Below are positions 21,856-32,640 of a stretch of 64,000 bases of DNA, one piece after another. A model generated the notes under the pieces. It saw only the letters and a program-made list of their open reading frames with translations, was not told where the DNA came from and ran no database searches. Origin of the DNA: Rhodothermaceae bacterium. GTDB lineage: Bacteria > Bacteroidota > Rhodothermia > Rhodothermales > Bin80. Position 1 is the first letter of the stretch; every line of letters begins with the position of its first letter. The stretch lies in NCBI GenBank assembly GCA_009838195.1, contig VXSC01000002.1, positions 82,139 to 146,138 of the forward strand. Reading direction: 5' to 3'. The translations under genes were made by a program, and so were the position numbers.

Positions 21856-22338
21856 GTGTCAGATTCCAAGTTCACAATAATCAGTGGTGGTCAGACGGGG
21901 GTGGACCGCGCAGCGCTTGATGTTGCGATCAAATGGGGACTTCCCTACAAAGGTTGGTGTCCTGCCGGGCGCTGGGCAGAAGATGGGAAAATCCCGGGAC
22001 GATACCTGCTTCGTGTAACCCCGGAGTCAAATCCAGCACAGCGCACGGTCTGGAATGTACAGGAGAGTGACGGCGTACTCATTTTGGGCGGAATAGAGGA
22101 CTCAGAAGGGACCCAGCTTGCCCGGAAAACAGCAGAAGAACTGCATCAACCTGTTCTTCATGCAGAATTGGGAGATCCTGTCGAATTGGTCATTCAGTAG
22201 GTGCGGGCCTTGGAATCTGGTATCGTGAATGTAGCGGGGCCACGCGAGAGCGAACATCCTGGGATCTATGAAGGGGCGTTCGAATTTCTGGACAGGGTCG
22301 TTCAAGGTTACTTGGCCGCAGAGAGAAATACGTCCTGA
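21856..22338 (+). pseudogene. Putative molybdenum-carrier (SLOG) protein interrupted by an in-frame TAG at 22198-22200
   Basis: IISGGQTGVDRAALD, GWCPAGRWAEDG and RTVWNV..SDG precede the stop. The conserved VNVAGPRESEHPGIY follows it in the same frame, ending at TGA 22336-22338. Confidence 0.85.
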
Positions 22339-23438
22339 AGTGCATCAATATCTGCACCGGTGTTATATACGTTTGGAGAAATACGTATTCCACTGCCGCG
22401 CATAGAGACAGAAATTTGTTGTCGTGCCAATTCGCTGCTCAGGTGGGTCTGATCGACATGTTCTGGCAAGGTGATTCCAAATAGGTGTGAAAAGCAGGAG
22501 TCGTGAATCGTATATCCCCTTCTGCGAATGGCGGGTAGAAAATCCTTGATCAGGCTGGAGCAGTACGCCTGAATTTGTTGAGGCTTCCAGTCAAGTATCT
22601 GTTTCAGGGCTTTGACCATCATCGCGGTTTGTGCGAAGCTGTTCGTTTGGCCCCGATCGAATCGAGCTGCCCCAGGGCGATACCGGTCGGTATAGTTAGT
22701 CAGGTTTCCAAAATTATCGCTGCCATCCCTTGCGAGCCAGCCTTCCTCGAGGGGAACCCCGTCGATAAACGACTCCCCCATGTACAAGAATGCAGTTCCG
22801 TAGGGCCCTAAGAGCCATTTGTATCCAGCGCACACCAAAGCGTCCGGCTTAATTGCCTGGAGATCGAAGGGCAGTGCTCCAATAGACTGTGTCCCATCAA
22901 GAATGAGGTATGCTCCGACATCATGCGCACGCTGGCTGATTTCAACCAGATCAAAAGAAGACCCATTCGCCCAATGGAGAGTCCCGATCGCAACAACGGC
23001 TGTCCGGTAGGTAATGGCCTCAAGTATTTTTTGCGTCCACTCTCCACCATGACTGGTCACGGTCCGGATTGTCGCGCCGGTCTCGTTTGACAATCTTTGC
23101 CATGTATACACGTTGCTTGGAAACTGACCATGCGCGAGGATAATGTTGTCGCCGGAGCCGACGGATAGGTTATGTGCAATCGTTGCGATCCCATAGGAAG
23201 TTGCCGGAATCAAGGCAACATTCTCTGATTTTCCATTGATAAGCTGTGCGAATAAGGTTCGGGCGTGATTCACTTCCTCAAAAAACATCGAGGGGGTGAT
23301 CTGAGATGGATCTCTCTCCAATCGAAGCGCTTCTATACCCGCAAGCTCGACACTGCGCATGAGGGGGGACATAAAAGCGCAGTTGAGATAATGCTTATCA
23401 GCAGAGAGAAAGAAATTTTCGTGTTGGCACGTCAACAT
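22308..23438 (-). CDS. Class V PLP-dependent aminotransferase (cysteine desulfurase/selenocysteine lyase-like)
   Basis: YLNCAFMSP, QFPSN, LDGTQSIG, GYKWLLGPYG and IRISPNVYN. Confidence 0.85.
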   Translation of the reverse strand: MLTCQHENFFLSADKHYLNCAFMSPLMRSVELAGIEALRLERDPSQITPSMFFEEVNHARTLFAQLINGKSENVALIPATSYGIATIAHNLSVGSGDNIILAHGQFPSNVYTWQRLSNETGATIRTVTSHGGEWTQKILEAITYRTAVVAIGTLHWANGSSFDLVEISQRAHDVGAYLILDGTQSIGALPFDLQAIKPDALVCAGYKWLLGPYGTAFLYMGESFIDGVPLEEGWLARDGSDNFGNLTNYTDRYRPGAARFDRGQTNSFAQTAMMVKALKQILDWKPQQIQAYCSSLIKDFLPAIRRRGYTIHDSCFSHLFGITLPEHVDQTHLSSELARQQISVSMRGSGIRISPNVYNTGADIDALQDVFLSAAK

Positions 23439-23505
23439 TCGACTAAGATATGCAAAGACCGATAAGGTTCGTACCTTCTTGTGGAATAAAGCTTACTGTC
23501 AGACG

Positions 23506-26136
23506 ATGAACTTAAGAATTTTGATTCTTTTAAGTGCAGTATCCTTCGCCACATTTGGGATCTTGGGTTGTACCCAAATGGGTGGAAGTGCAGATGATGC
23601 GCCCCCGGAGTTGGTTTTACCAGAGGGGTTTCGTTCTGAGGTCCTGTATAGTCCAATGCAGACGGACTCTAGTTCTTGGGTTTCCCTGGCGGTAGACGGA
23701 GAAGATGGCCTCTTTGCCTCGGATCAATACGGAACACTGTACCACATAAAGCCGGCTCCGATTGGAGGGAATCCCGAGAATACGGAGGTTACCGCATTGG
23801 ATCTGGAGCTAGGTCATGCGCAGGGATTGCTATGGGCTTTCAACAGCCTTTACGTAGTCGTCAACAGTGAGGAAGGAATTGCTGAACACAGTAGCGGGCT
23901 CTACCGGGTTATCGACTCGGATGGTGATGCTGTGTTGGATAGCGTACACACATTGGTACAATTTGAGGGATGGGGAGAGCATGGACCTCATGGAATTGTT
24001 CTCGGGCCCGACAGCAGTTCCCTGTATCTGATCGCAGGGAATCATACCGAACTGCCAGGTATCTACACCCCGATTGTCCCTCCAGTTTGGCAAACGGATC
24101 AACTGCTTCCAACACTACGTGACCCGCGAGGTCACGCGGCTGATCGGCAGCCACCCGGGGGGTGGGTCATTCGAACGGATTCACTGGCATCCGAACTGGA
24201 ACTCCTCAGTGTAGGTTATCGCAACGCATACGATCTTGCCTTCAACAGGGAAGGGGAGCTCTTCACATTCGACTCAGATATGGAATGGGATTTAGGTATG
24301 CCATGGTACCGGCCGATTCGTGTCGTGCATGTAACCGGAGGAAGTGAATTCGGATGGCGTACAGGGTCTGGTAAATGGGCAGACTATTATCCTGACAATC
24401 TTCCAGCTGTAGTGGAAATCGGTCAGGGAAGCCCAACAGGAATTGTATCCGGTAAAAATGCGGCATTCCCACCCAAATACCGCCGGGGGCTCTTTGTCTT
24501 TGACTGGAGTTTCGGGACCATCTATCATGTAGCATTGAAGGCGCGTGGAAGTACGTACACGGGAGTGGTGGAAGAATTTCTGAGTGGTGTACCGCTACCG
24601 GTTACCGATGGGGTGATCGGACATGATGGGGCGCTTTATTTTGCAACGGGAGGTCGCCGGCTCAACTCGTTCCTTTTTCGGGTCTACTATGAGGGTGTGA
24701 CAGAACTGGAATCTGATACTGCTCCTGAGCGTTCGCCGCAACAAGTGCTACGACATTCCCTGGAAGCTCTGCATCGCGAGACGACAAATCAAGAGGCACT
24801 GGATGCTGCCTGGGCTAGTTTGAATCATAGTGATCGTTTTGTTCGCTACGCGGCTAGAATTGCTATTGAGCATCAGCCGGTCCGTCAATGGCAATCAAGG
24901 GCGCTGAGTGAGCCGGATCCAATTCGTAGAATTCATGCCATCATCGCCTTAGCACGCCATGCTGATCAGAGTATGGCGCCCCAGGCCCTGCGAGCTCTGC
25001 TGAATATTAATCCATCTGAGCTCTCGCGTGCCCAGGAATTGGATTTGGTTCGAGCAATGGGACTCGTATGTATTCGGCTGGGATTCCCTGAGGACCCGCT
25101 TCGCAGTGAGCTCATTGATCGATTGCAAAAGTATTACCCATCGTCGGACGAGGTATTAAATCGGGAATATGGACGCCTGTTGGCTGCGTTACAAGCACCG
25201 GGGTTAGTAGATCAGATGGTGGCTCGCTTGTTGGAGTTGAGTGGAGCAGGTCCTGAAGAAGCTTTTTTGATTTCAGGCGAGGTGGCCGAGCGGAGTGAGC
25301 AGTATGGCGAAGCAATCACAGAGATGAAAGCCAATCCTCCCAGTCCAGAAGAGATCGAATTGGCCATGAATCTGCGAGGGCAAAAATCAGGGTGGTCAAT
25401 GGAGTTACGGGAAGATTATTTCATGTGGTTCCATGAAGCGATGCGGCGTAGTGGGGGAGAAAGCTATGTAGGGTTTATCGAGGATATCCGTGCTGATGCG
25501 GTCGAGCAATTGACGGACGACGAGAAGGAGGCGCTGGCCGGACTCGTAGACTCTTCACCGGGGCAATCCTTGGCGGATTTACCAGTTCCAGAAGGGCCGG
25601 GTAAGGCTTGGAACCGGCAGGAACTCAGCCAAATGCTTGATGATGCACTTGGAGAGCCACGGGATTTTGCACAGGGGGAGGCCATGTATGCTGCTGCATT
25701 TTGTAGTACTTGTCACCGAATGGGAACGGCAGGGGGAGCGCAAGGACCGGATCTGACCGGGATTGGGTCAAGGTTTTCTCGCAATGAGATCCTTGAAGCA
25801 ATTGATTCCCCCAGCGACGAAATCAGTGATCAATATGAAGCTTCCGTGCTGACCTTAAGTAGCGGTGGCAGGGTTGTGGGGAGAGTCCTGCGGGAGGAGG
25901 AGGGGCGGGTATTTGTTAGTCAGAATCCCTATGATCCGTCTCAGGAGACCAGTGTAGAGGCTTCAGAGGTTCTTTCCCGTGATGCGTCACCTGTCTCAAC
26001 GATGCCTTCTAGGTTATTGGATCGATTAAATGAGGACGAAGTAGCAGATTTGATCGCCTATCTTTTGAGCGGCGCAGACGCAGAGCATAAATGCTTTACA
26101 GGAGAAGACGGCTGCCAGACCGACGAGGATGAATAA
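23506..26136 (+). CDS. Large lipoprotein with a dehydrogenase-like beta-propeller, HEAT-like region and C-terminal c-type heme (PVC-type heme-binding protein)
   Basis: Lipobox ILG-C, GEHGPHG, GYRNAYD, DSDMEWD, CSTCH, GPDLTG and STMP axial-Met motif. Confidence 0.8.
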   Translation: MNLRILILLSAVSFATFGILGCTQMGGSADDAPPELVLPEGFRSEVLYSPMQTDSSSWVSLAVDGEDGLFASDQYGTLYHIKPAPIGGNPENTEVTALDLELGHAQGLLWAFNSLYVVVNSEEGIAEHSSGLYRVIDSDGDAVLDSVHTLVQFEGWGEHGPHGIVLGPDSSSLYLIAGNHTELPGIYTPIVPPVWQTDQLLPTLRDPRGHAADRQPPGGWVIRTDSLASELELLSVGYRNAYDLAFNREGELFTFDSDMEWDLGMPWYRPIRVVHVTGGSEFGWRTGSGKWADYYPDNLPAVVEIGQGSPTGIVSGKNAAFPPKYRRGLFVFDWSFGTIYHVALKARGSTYTGVVEEFLSGVPLPVTDGVIGHDGALYFATGGRRLNSFLFRVYYEGVTELESDTAPERSPQQVLRHSLEALHRETTNQEALDAAWASLNHSDRFVRYAARIAIEHQPVRQWQSRALSEPDPIRRIHAIIALARHADQSMAPQALRALLNINPSELSRAQELDLVRAMGLVCIRLGFPEDPLRSELIDRLQKYYPSSDEVLNREYGRLLAALQAPGLVDQMVARLLELSGAGPEEAFLISGEVAERSEQYGEAITEMKANPPSPEEIELAMNLRGQKSGWSMELREDYFMWFHEAMRRSGGESYVGFIEDIRADAVEQLTDDEKEALAGLVDSSPGQSLADLPVPEGPGKAWNRQELSQMLDDALGEPRDFAQGEAMYAAAFCSTCHRMGTAGGAQGPDLTGIGSRFSRNEILEAIDSPSDEISDQYEASVLTLSSGGRVVGRVLREEEGRVFVSQNPYDPSQETSVEASEVLSRDASPVSTMPSRLLDRLNEDEVADLIAYLLSGADAEHKCFTGEDGCQTDEDE

Positions 26137-26171
26137 AGCGTAAGTGGGATCGGGAATACGGCGATTTTAGG

Positions 26172-28835
26172 TCAACTCGAAGTTGGGTCTTCCTCAATAG
26201 CGTAGACCGTACTCTGGACGGCTCCCTCAAAAGCAATCCCATTGGAGTCAATGAGGTCGTAGGAGATTTCGAGGATCCAGGTTGGTTCCAGACCAGGAAG
26301 ACTCAAAGTGACTGTGGAATCTCGGAGAGATACGGCGGCGAGCCGTAGTCTCTGGACATTGTGGCGTTCGGACCCATAACGGCGCGAGCGCTCAAGATCC
26401 CAGGTATGTACCCGGTAATTACTCGCCTGGGTCGCAGAAGCCTCTTCAAGTGCAGAGGTGAAAGAGAGTTCGACCGCTCCCTCAAGCACTCGCATGGACT
26501 CGGGCATGTGTACTGTCCCACCCGTATATCGAATGCGATAGAGGCCGCCGGTTTGGATCATCTGACTCGTTGCCCACGCGGACATTCCAACGACATAAAG
26601 TTGCCCGTCCGCAGGATTCATGCGTCCTCGCATTAGGCCAGTTGGGAAATCCGGCAAAGGGAGTTGCACAATCCCAGCTTGCTGTACTCCCCCCACCGAT
26701 TGGGGCATCACAAGGAATATACGACCGTACCCATAAGAGAAACTGAGAAGTTTGTTGGACAGTGGCCCCCAGCGATCACTTGTTGTCCAGAGTAGCTCAG
26801 CAGGTGAGCGGTCATACCTCATGTCGATCCATACCAAGGGAGGCTCCATCGCTTCATCTGAGGAGTCTGCGGGGGCCCCATATCCATACATATTCCCGTA
26901 AAACCCTCCAGGTTCAACGACATTGATACGGTTCATTGGATTCCAGTGTCCCTCCTGATCGGTGACCATAAACGTACCATCTGGATTGATCGTAACCCCG
27001 TTCGCTGCCCGAAATCCGGTAGCGAGTATGGTACTTTCTTGGCCGTCCGCACTCACGCGGATTAGGGTGCCATGTTGGGGGATCAGGGCAGGGCGGGCGT
27101 GTCGGGCACTTTTTGCATAGTAAAAATTCCCTTTCTCATCGGTCTGCAACCCCATTGCAAACTCATGAAAATGTTCGGTGACCTGGTGGTCATTATTAAA
27201 GCTCTCGTAGTAATCTGTGAGGCCATCTCCATTAAGATCATGCAGGCGGGCAATCTGATTTCGGCTATTCACATAGATATCTCCTCCGACCGCACGAATC
27301 CCCAGTGGTTGGAAGAGGCCGGATGCAATACGGCGCCATTCAACAGATCCAGATTGTCGGGTAATCCCTGAGAGGTGCCACACCTCGCCGTCAATCGTTG
27401 TGATGACGGCCTCATTCCCGTCGGCCATAAAATCGATCGCGGTTGGACGCATCCGGCTATTCCAGGGATTATCCAAAGGAAGCGTGAGGACATCGGCAGT
27501 GTAGCCTTCCCCGGTTCCAGGGAGAATTGGCGATTCAAGTACTGGAGCTTCGGCGGGTGGGCCGCCTTGGGTATACTGTGTGAGATCATCGGGCGGGGCA
27601 GAGGTTGCATCACTGGCCCCATAGATCAACTTGAGATTAAGATCACGAGGGACGGTCACCAAGTGGGCTCCATTTTCTTGCCTGAGCACCCCACTAGGCA
27701 TTCCATCAGGGGAAGCAATGACGGTCAATGGTACACTGTCAGGGGCTGCGTGAAGAACCAGTGGACGCACTACTCCCGTAATATTTAGCGTTCGGCTCAA
27801 CAGGGTATCTGCTTCCGGGGCAAATGATTCGAGAACTCGGGCCCTTCCAACCGTGTAATGGAGAACGATCTGATCACCATGGACATACAGGCCTTTGTAA
27901 TGGCTCCAGTTTTGGGGTAGGGGTCCAAACTGACGGCCGTCTACGGCGCGAAAGCGTGGATCCTCTGCTGAGCCTGTGGCCGGACTGGCCCAGCCTGGAG
28001 CCATCGCAGTTTCAACGTGTAAGTCTCCCACAATCCGGGGGAAGATGTTATGCTGGTCATCCAGCAGGATATCCTCCCAATCAATGAACCCGTCACCACT
28101 CCAGTAAGCGGCCATGCGCATGAGATCATGGTCAAACAATACAAATGCATTCCCGGCTGCAACTCCACCATCCCCTGGATCAAGTCTGATGGCAATGCCT
28201 TTGTAAGCGAAATTCCGGGAGCGAAAATCTTCATTGGGAATGGGGCTGCCTCGACGGTTGATTCCTTTTGATCCATCAGATGCATGTGCAATCTCATAGG
28301 TCCGCATCAAAAATGTCCCGTAATCCATGTCCTTCCACGGAGTGTTTTGTGCGGGTTCAGGGCCGAAGGAAGTTCCCCGGGGAAGTTCGTCCAGATAGGA
28401 GGAGGTGATCTCAAAGAAAGCATCCGGATTGTGGTCATGCAGAAATTCTTCCCGGATATAAAGGATTACAGCGTACTTTTCCTGCGGAGTTAATTGCGAC
28501 TGAGGTGGCATAAGTTCGCGCCCCAGCGTGAGTGTATTGTATAGGGAGAGCGGATCGCTTCCATACTTGAAGGGATCTTCCCAGAATTGACGTGAATTGG
28601 GGAGTGTGCCCTGGATGCTGGGGGTTCCGTGGCAGGAAAAACAATTGGTTCGGTAGATCTGCAGCCCGCGATGATAGAACTCCTCAGTCCAGTTGTTAAT
28701 GATTCCGGCGTGATCCAGTACATGTTCGTAATCCGGGAGATCGGACGGACTCAGAATGGTAGGACCTGCAGACTCAGGAGTCTGGCATGACGCCAAGGCA
28801 AGTAGGACAAGAGGAAGTAAGTAGCGCTGGAGCAT
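26172..28835 (-). CDS. Large lipoprotein with an N-terminal cytochrome c and a beta-propeller (DUF6797-like)
   Basis: Lipobox LAS-C, CFSCHG...LMPP, HFHEFAMGL, GFRAANG and DQEGHW. Confidence 0.75.
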   Translation of the reverse strand: MLQRYLLPLVLLALASCQTPESAGPTILSPSDLPDYEHVLDHAGIINNWTEEFYHRGLQIYRTNCFSCHGTPSIQGTLPNSRQFWEDPFKYGSDPLSLYNTLTLGRELMPPQSQLTPQEKYAVILYIREEFLHDHNPDAFFEITSSYLDELPRGTSFGPEPAQNTPWKDMDYGTFLMRTYEIAHASDGSKGINRRGSPIPNEDFRSRNFAYKGIAIRLDPGDGGVAAGNAFVLFDHDLMRMAAYWSGDGFIDWEDILLDDQHNIFPRIVGDLHVETAMAPGWASPATGSAEDPRFRAVDGRQFGPLPQNWSHYKGLYVHGDQIVLHYTVGRARVLESFAPEADTLLSRTLNITGVVRPLVLHAAPDSVPLTVIASPDGMPSGVLRQENGAHLVTVPRDLNLKLIYGASDATSAPPDDLTQYTQGGPPAEAPVLESPILPGTGEGYTADVLTLPLDNPWNSRMRPTAIDFMADGNEAVITTIDGEVWHLSGITRQSGSVEWRRIASGLFQPLGIRAVGGDIYVNSRNQIARLHDLNGDGLTDYYESFNNDHQVTEHFHEFAMGLQTDEKGNFYYAKSARHARPALIPQHGTLIRVSADGQESTILATGFRAANGVTINPDGTFMVTDQEGHWNPMNRINVVEPGGFYGNMYGYGAPADSSDEAMEPPLVWIDMRYDRSPAELLWTTSDRWGPLSNKLLSFSYGYGRIFLVMPQSVGGVQQAGIVQLPLPDFPTGLMRGRMNPADGQLYVVGMSAWATSQMIQTGGLYRIRYTGGTVHMPESMRVLEGAVELSFTSALEEASATQASNYRVHTWDLERSRRYGSERHNVQRLRLAAVSLRDSTVTLSLPGLEPTWILEISYDLIDSNGIAFEGAVQSTVYAIEEDPTSS

Positions 28836-28959
28836 GGGGGATAGGATAAGATATTCGCATTTTGTTCGCAAGTCCCACCCCGAGCATCTCATGGAATGCC
28901 CCTACAGGTGCCTTGGGGTTCGAATCAATTGATGTTCAGGGCCCGTTAAGTCGAACGAC

Positions 28960-29724
28960 TTAGATGAGCCTGACGGTAATCCCCGCATCATGCAGAAATT
29001 GTTTTGCCTGTATGATCGTAACCTGTTTAAAGTGGAACATGGACGCAGCAAGAACAGCGTGAGCGCGCCCGATTAGCAGAGCATCCCGTAAATGCTCAAG
29101 TGTACCAGCGCCACCCGAGGCGATAACGGGAAGCTGCACAAGTTCATCTAGCCGTTGCAACAGCTCCAGATCATATCCAATCTGAGTACCATCCCGGTCC
29201 ATGGATGTGACCAATAATTCACCAGCGCCTCGCGTCTCTGCTTCTTTGGCCCACTCAAGTCCATCAATTCCTGTGGCTCGCCGTCCTCCGTGTGTATAGA
29301 CTTCCCAGCCTCCCTGGGGGCGTCGTTTCATGTCAATTGCCACGACCACACATTGGGCGCCGAATGCCTCAGCACATTCTGTTATGAGATCGGGTGTCCG
29401 AATTGCAGCGGAGTTGATGGCGACTTTATCCGCCCCGGCGTGAAGCATTTTTCGCATATCCTCCAAGGTTCGGATACCTCCGCCAACGGTCAGAGGGATA
29501 AAAATCTGTTCGGCCGTTTGACGAACAACATCGTGCATGATATCACGCCCTTCATGGGTTGCCGTAATATCCAGAAATACAAGCTCATCGGCTCCCTCCT
29601 TGTTGTACACATGCGCCTGTTCAAGGGGATCCCCGGCATCAACCAGGTCCACGAACTGGATTCCTTTTACGACGCGCCCCTGATCCACATCTAGGCAGGG
29701 GATAATCCGCTTGGTTAGGGGCAT
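28960..29724 (-). CDS. hisF: Imidazole glycerol phosphate synthase cyclase subunit
   Basis: [29 protein letters not shown] and VIASGGAG. Confidence 0.98.
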   Translation of the reverse strand: MPLTKRIIPCLDVDQGRVVKGIQFVDLVDAGDPLEQAHVYNKEGADELVFLDITATHEGRDIMHDVVRQTAEQIFIPLTVGGGIRTLEDMRKMLHAGADKVAINSAAIRTPDLITECAEAFGAQCVVVAIDMKRRPQGGWEVYTHGGRRATGIDGLEWAKEAETRGAGELLVTSMDRDGTQIGYDLELLQRLDELVQLPVIASGGAGTLEHLRDALLIGRAHAVLAASMFHFKQVTIIQAKQFLHDAGITVRLI

Positions 29725-30461
29725 CTTTTTAATCCTTCGGGCCAAAGAGTATGGTCTGAAAATTTTCCCTCATAGAGTGCCCGGCCAATGATGACTGAAT
29801 CTACACCGACAGACTCCAGTTCGTCCAATGCTGCTAAATCTTCCGGCCCGGATACACCACCACTTGCCATCAGTTTCGCAGATTCAAGCTGCATCCCTAA
29901 AGTGCGATAGGCACTCAGATTGGGGCCAGTCATAGTACCGTCTCGACTGATGTCGGTATAGATAATACGGCGAATTCCGCATCGTTCCATCTCTCTTGCA
30001 AACTCAAAAGCAGCCACCCCGGTCCCTTCAAGCCATCCGCTCACACGGACCTCCCCCCCTTTGGCATCTATGCCAACTGCAACACGTTCTGCTCCATATT
30101 TTGTAACCATTGTACGGACGAGTGAAGGATCCTGAACGGCAGCGGTACCGATGATCACCCGGTGGATTCCATGCTCAAGGATACGGGTGACATCTGCACT
30201 GGACCGAATTCCTCCACCAGTTTGGACCGGAATGGACACTTGTTTTGCGATCGAAGCAATTGTTTCTGTATTGTGTGTCTGTCCTCCGGATCGTGCAGCG
30301 TCAAGGTCGACAACATGCAACAGTGTTGCTCCCTGAGATTCCCATTTTTGGGCAACCGTCAAGGGGTTACGATGATAGTTGGTTACCTGATCGTATGCTC
30401 CCTGCATCAACCGTACACAGCATCCATCCAAGAGGTCAATTGCCGGCACCGGAATAATCAT
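29715..30461 (-). CDS. hisA: ProFAR isomerase
   Basis: [33 protein letters not shown] and IIGRALY. Confidence 0.97.
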   Translation of the reverse strand: MIIPVPAIDLLDGCCVRLMQGAYDQVTNYHRNPLTVAQKWESQGATLLHVVDLDAARSGGQTHNTETIASIAKQVSIPVQTGGGIRSSADVTRILEHGIHRVIIGTAAVQDPSLVRTMVTKYGAERVAVGIDAKGGEVRVSGWLEGTGVAAFEFAREMERCGIRRIIYTDISRDGTMTGPNLSAYRTLGMQLESAKLMASGGVSGPEDLAALDELESVGVDSVIIGRALYEGKFSDHTLWPEGLKRCP

Positions 30462-31078
30462 ACAAGTTGGGCGAAATTTGATAAAATTTGAAGACCAACT
30501 TTGTGACTCTTTTCCGGGTGGAATTGTACCCCGTAGACATTATCTCGTCCCACGACAACCGGGAGGGTTGCTCCGTACTCTGTAGAGGCAATTACGTCAT
30601 TCGGGTCGGTCTTACTTGCGTAGAAGGAATGTGCGAAGTAGCAGCACGCACCATCGGGTAGGTCATGCAGAAGCGGGCTGGGCTGGACCGGCGAAACCAC
30701 ATTCCATCCCATGTGGGGGATTTTCAGAGTAGGATCTTGTGGTTTCAACGCTTCTACATGCCCGCTCAGTAGCCCTAAGCCAACATGTCGGCCTTTTTCC
30801 GAACTAGATTCAAAGAGCATTTGCATTCCCACACAAACCCCCAGGAATGGTACCTTGCGAGCAATTGCATCCAGAATCGGTTGTTCCAGCCCTCTCTTTC
30901 TTACTTCCTGGATACAGGCACCAAAAGCGCCGACGCCGGGAAGTACAAGTCGGTCCGCCTGATCAATGGCTTCTGGGGCATCCGTCCGGATTACCCCCGA
31001 GGCAACATACTGGAACGCTCTCTCAATGGAATGCAGATTCCCGATACCGTAGTCGATAATCGTAATCATGGAGGCCAA
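30458..31078 (-). CDS. hisH: Imidazole glycerol phosphate synthase glutaminase subunit
   Basis: IDYGIGN, LPGVGAF, GVCVGMQ, IPHMGWN and QFHPEKS. Confidence 0.97.
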   Translation of the reverse strand: MASMITIIDYGIGNLHSIERAFQYVASGVIRTDAPEAIDQADRLVLPGVGAFGACIQEVRKRGLEQPILDAIARKVPFLGVCVGMQMLFESSSEKGRHVGLGLLSGHVEALKPQDPTLKIPHMGWNVVSPVQPSPLLHDLPDGACCYFAHSFYASKTDPNDVIASTEYGATLPVVVGRDNVYGVQFHPEKSHKVGLQILSNFAQLV

Positions 31079-31081
31079 CCA

Positions 31082-31903
31082 TCAATTTCCACTGAGTTCC
31101 TTGGAACGTTCTGTTGCGGTCGCAACAGCGTGGATGAACATGGTGCGCAAACCATGCTGTTCCAATTCTGCAATCGCGGAGATAGAAGTTCCACCTGGCG
31201 TGGTAACTTCATCGCGCAGGATCGCAGGATGCTTATCGGTTTGATCTGCAAGTTGCGCCGCTCCAAGTACAGTTTGCTTGGTCAACCTGAAGGCTGTTGA
31301 GCGGGGAAGACCCTGTTTTACGCCGGCATCGGTCAGGGCTTCAATCAGCATGTAGACGTACGCCGGGCCACTGCCACTGAGTCCAGTGACTGCGTCCATA
31401 AGGTACTCCGGGACCCGCTCCACCCTGCCTACGGCCTCAAACATTTCTCGAACTAATTCAACGTGTTCAACAGATGCGGAGGCTCCTGCGCAGATAGCAG
31501 TCGCTCCCTTGAACACCGTCATTGGCGTGTTTGGCATTGTACGGACAACCGGTTGATGGTCCGGGAATTCCTTTGCGATCCGGTCTGTAGTAAGCCCGGC
31601 GAGTACAGAAACAATCAAGGTTCCCGGATTGACGAATTCACGAATTTCTTCCGCGACACTCAGCCAATTTGTGGGTTTAACGGCCAGTACGATGATAGAG
31701 GCATCTTTGACGGCTGCTTTGTTATCTACGCCCGCAGATACGCCGGGAAGTTTTCTATGTAGAATCTCCAAGCCATTTGGATTCCGCCGGGTTACGCGAA
31801 CTCTCGATGGATCCAGGTGTCCGCCTGAGATCAACCCGCCAACGAGAGCACGGCCGATATTGCCTGCACCAATGACAGCTATGGTTTGATGGGAGAGTGA
31901 CAT
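31082..31903 (-). CDS. proC: Pyrroline-5-carboxylate reductase
   Basis: IGAGNIG, LAVKP, RTMPNTP, TGLSGSGPAY and VTTPGGT. Confidence 0.97.
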   Translation of the reverse strand: MSLSHQTIAVIGAGNIGRALVGGLISGGHLDPSRVRVTRRNPNGLEILHRKLPGVSAGVDNKAAVKDASIIVLAVKPTNWLSVAEEIREFVNPGTLIVSVLAGLTTDRIAKEFPDHQPVVRTMPNTPMTVFKGATAICAGASASVEHVELVREMFEAVGRVERVPEYLMDAVTGLSGSGPAYVYMLIEALTDAGVKQGLPRSTAFRLTKQTVLGAAQLADQTDKHPAILRDEVTTPGGTSISAIAELEQHGLRTMFIHAVATATERSKELSGN

Positions 31904-31906
31904 GGA

Positions 31907-32509
31907 TTAGAGGACCCCTTTAGTTGATGGCATCTTTGAATTGTCTTCGCTCTGTTGTACGGCGATTCTTAATGCACGCCCGACAGATTTGAAGATCGCT
32001 TCAATCTTGTGATGCGTGTTGATCCCGTAGAGGACGCTTATATGCAGTGTACAATGTGCATGCTCTGCAAAGCTGTACCAGAAATGCTGGACAAGTTCAG
32101 TTGGGAGGTCTCCCACCGTTGGACGATCAAAATCTCCTTCAAAATAGAGTACGAATCGGCCGGAGAGATCAATCGCTGTACGGGCCAATGCTTCGTCCAT
32201 CGGCACGTATGCATGGCCATAACGTGTGATATGGGATTTATCTCCCAGTGCTTTCCGTAGCGCCTGACCGAGACAAATCCCAACATCTTCGACGGTGTGG
32301 TGTTCGTCAACATCAAGGTCTCCACTGCACTTGGTTTTTAGATCGAATTGACCGTGCTTTGCAAAAAGGTCCAACATATGATCCAGAAACCCAACCCCTG
32401 TCTGGTTTTTGTAATCACCAGTTCCATCAAGGTTGAACTGGACGGAGACATTAGTTTCCCCGGTCTTTCGGGTGATCGAACTTTGCCGATCAGAAGTAAC
32501 AGGTTCCAT
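31907..32509 (-). CDS. hisB: Imidazoleglycerol-phosphate dehydratase
   Basis: RKTGET, FLDHML, DEHHTVED, PMDEAL and NTHHKIEAIFK. Start set at MEPVTS. Confidence 0.97.
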   Translation of the reverse strand: MEPVTSDRQSSITRKTGETNVSVQFNLDGTGDYKNQTGVGFLDHMLDLFAKHGQFDLKTKCSGDLDVDEHHTVEDVGICLGQALRKALGDKSHITRYGHAYVPMDEALARTAIDLSGRFVLYFEGDFDRPTVGDLPTELVQHFWYSFAEHAHCTLHISVLYGINTHHKIEAIFKSVGRALRIAVQQSEDNSKMPSTKGVL

Positions 32510-32640
32510 CACTGGCAAATATGGTTTAATCCGGCTTGTACGCACAAGTACACGGTTTGGCGCGTAGGTACACAATACTGTGGTCAGGATCCGCAGCGAT
32601 GAGTTTTTGTTGAACCGTAACAAGAATATAAGTATGATCT

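Noticed and set aside
22198..22200. Genome-wide TAG recoding
   Set aside because: TAG ends several full-length conserved genes in this window (gcdH, topA, purS).
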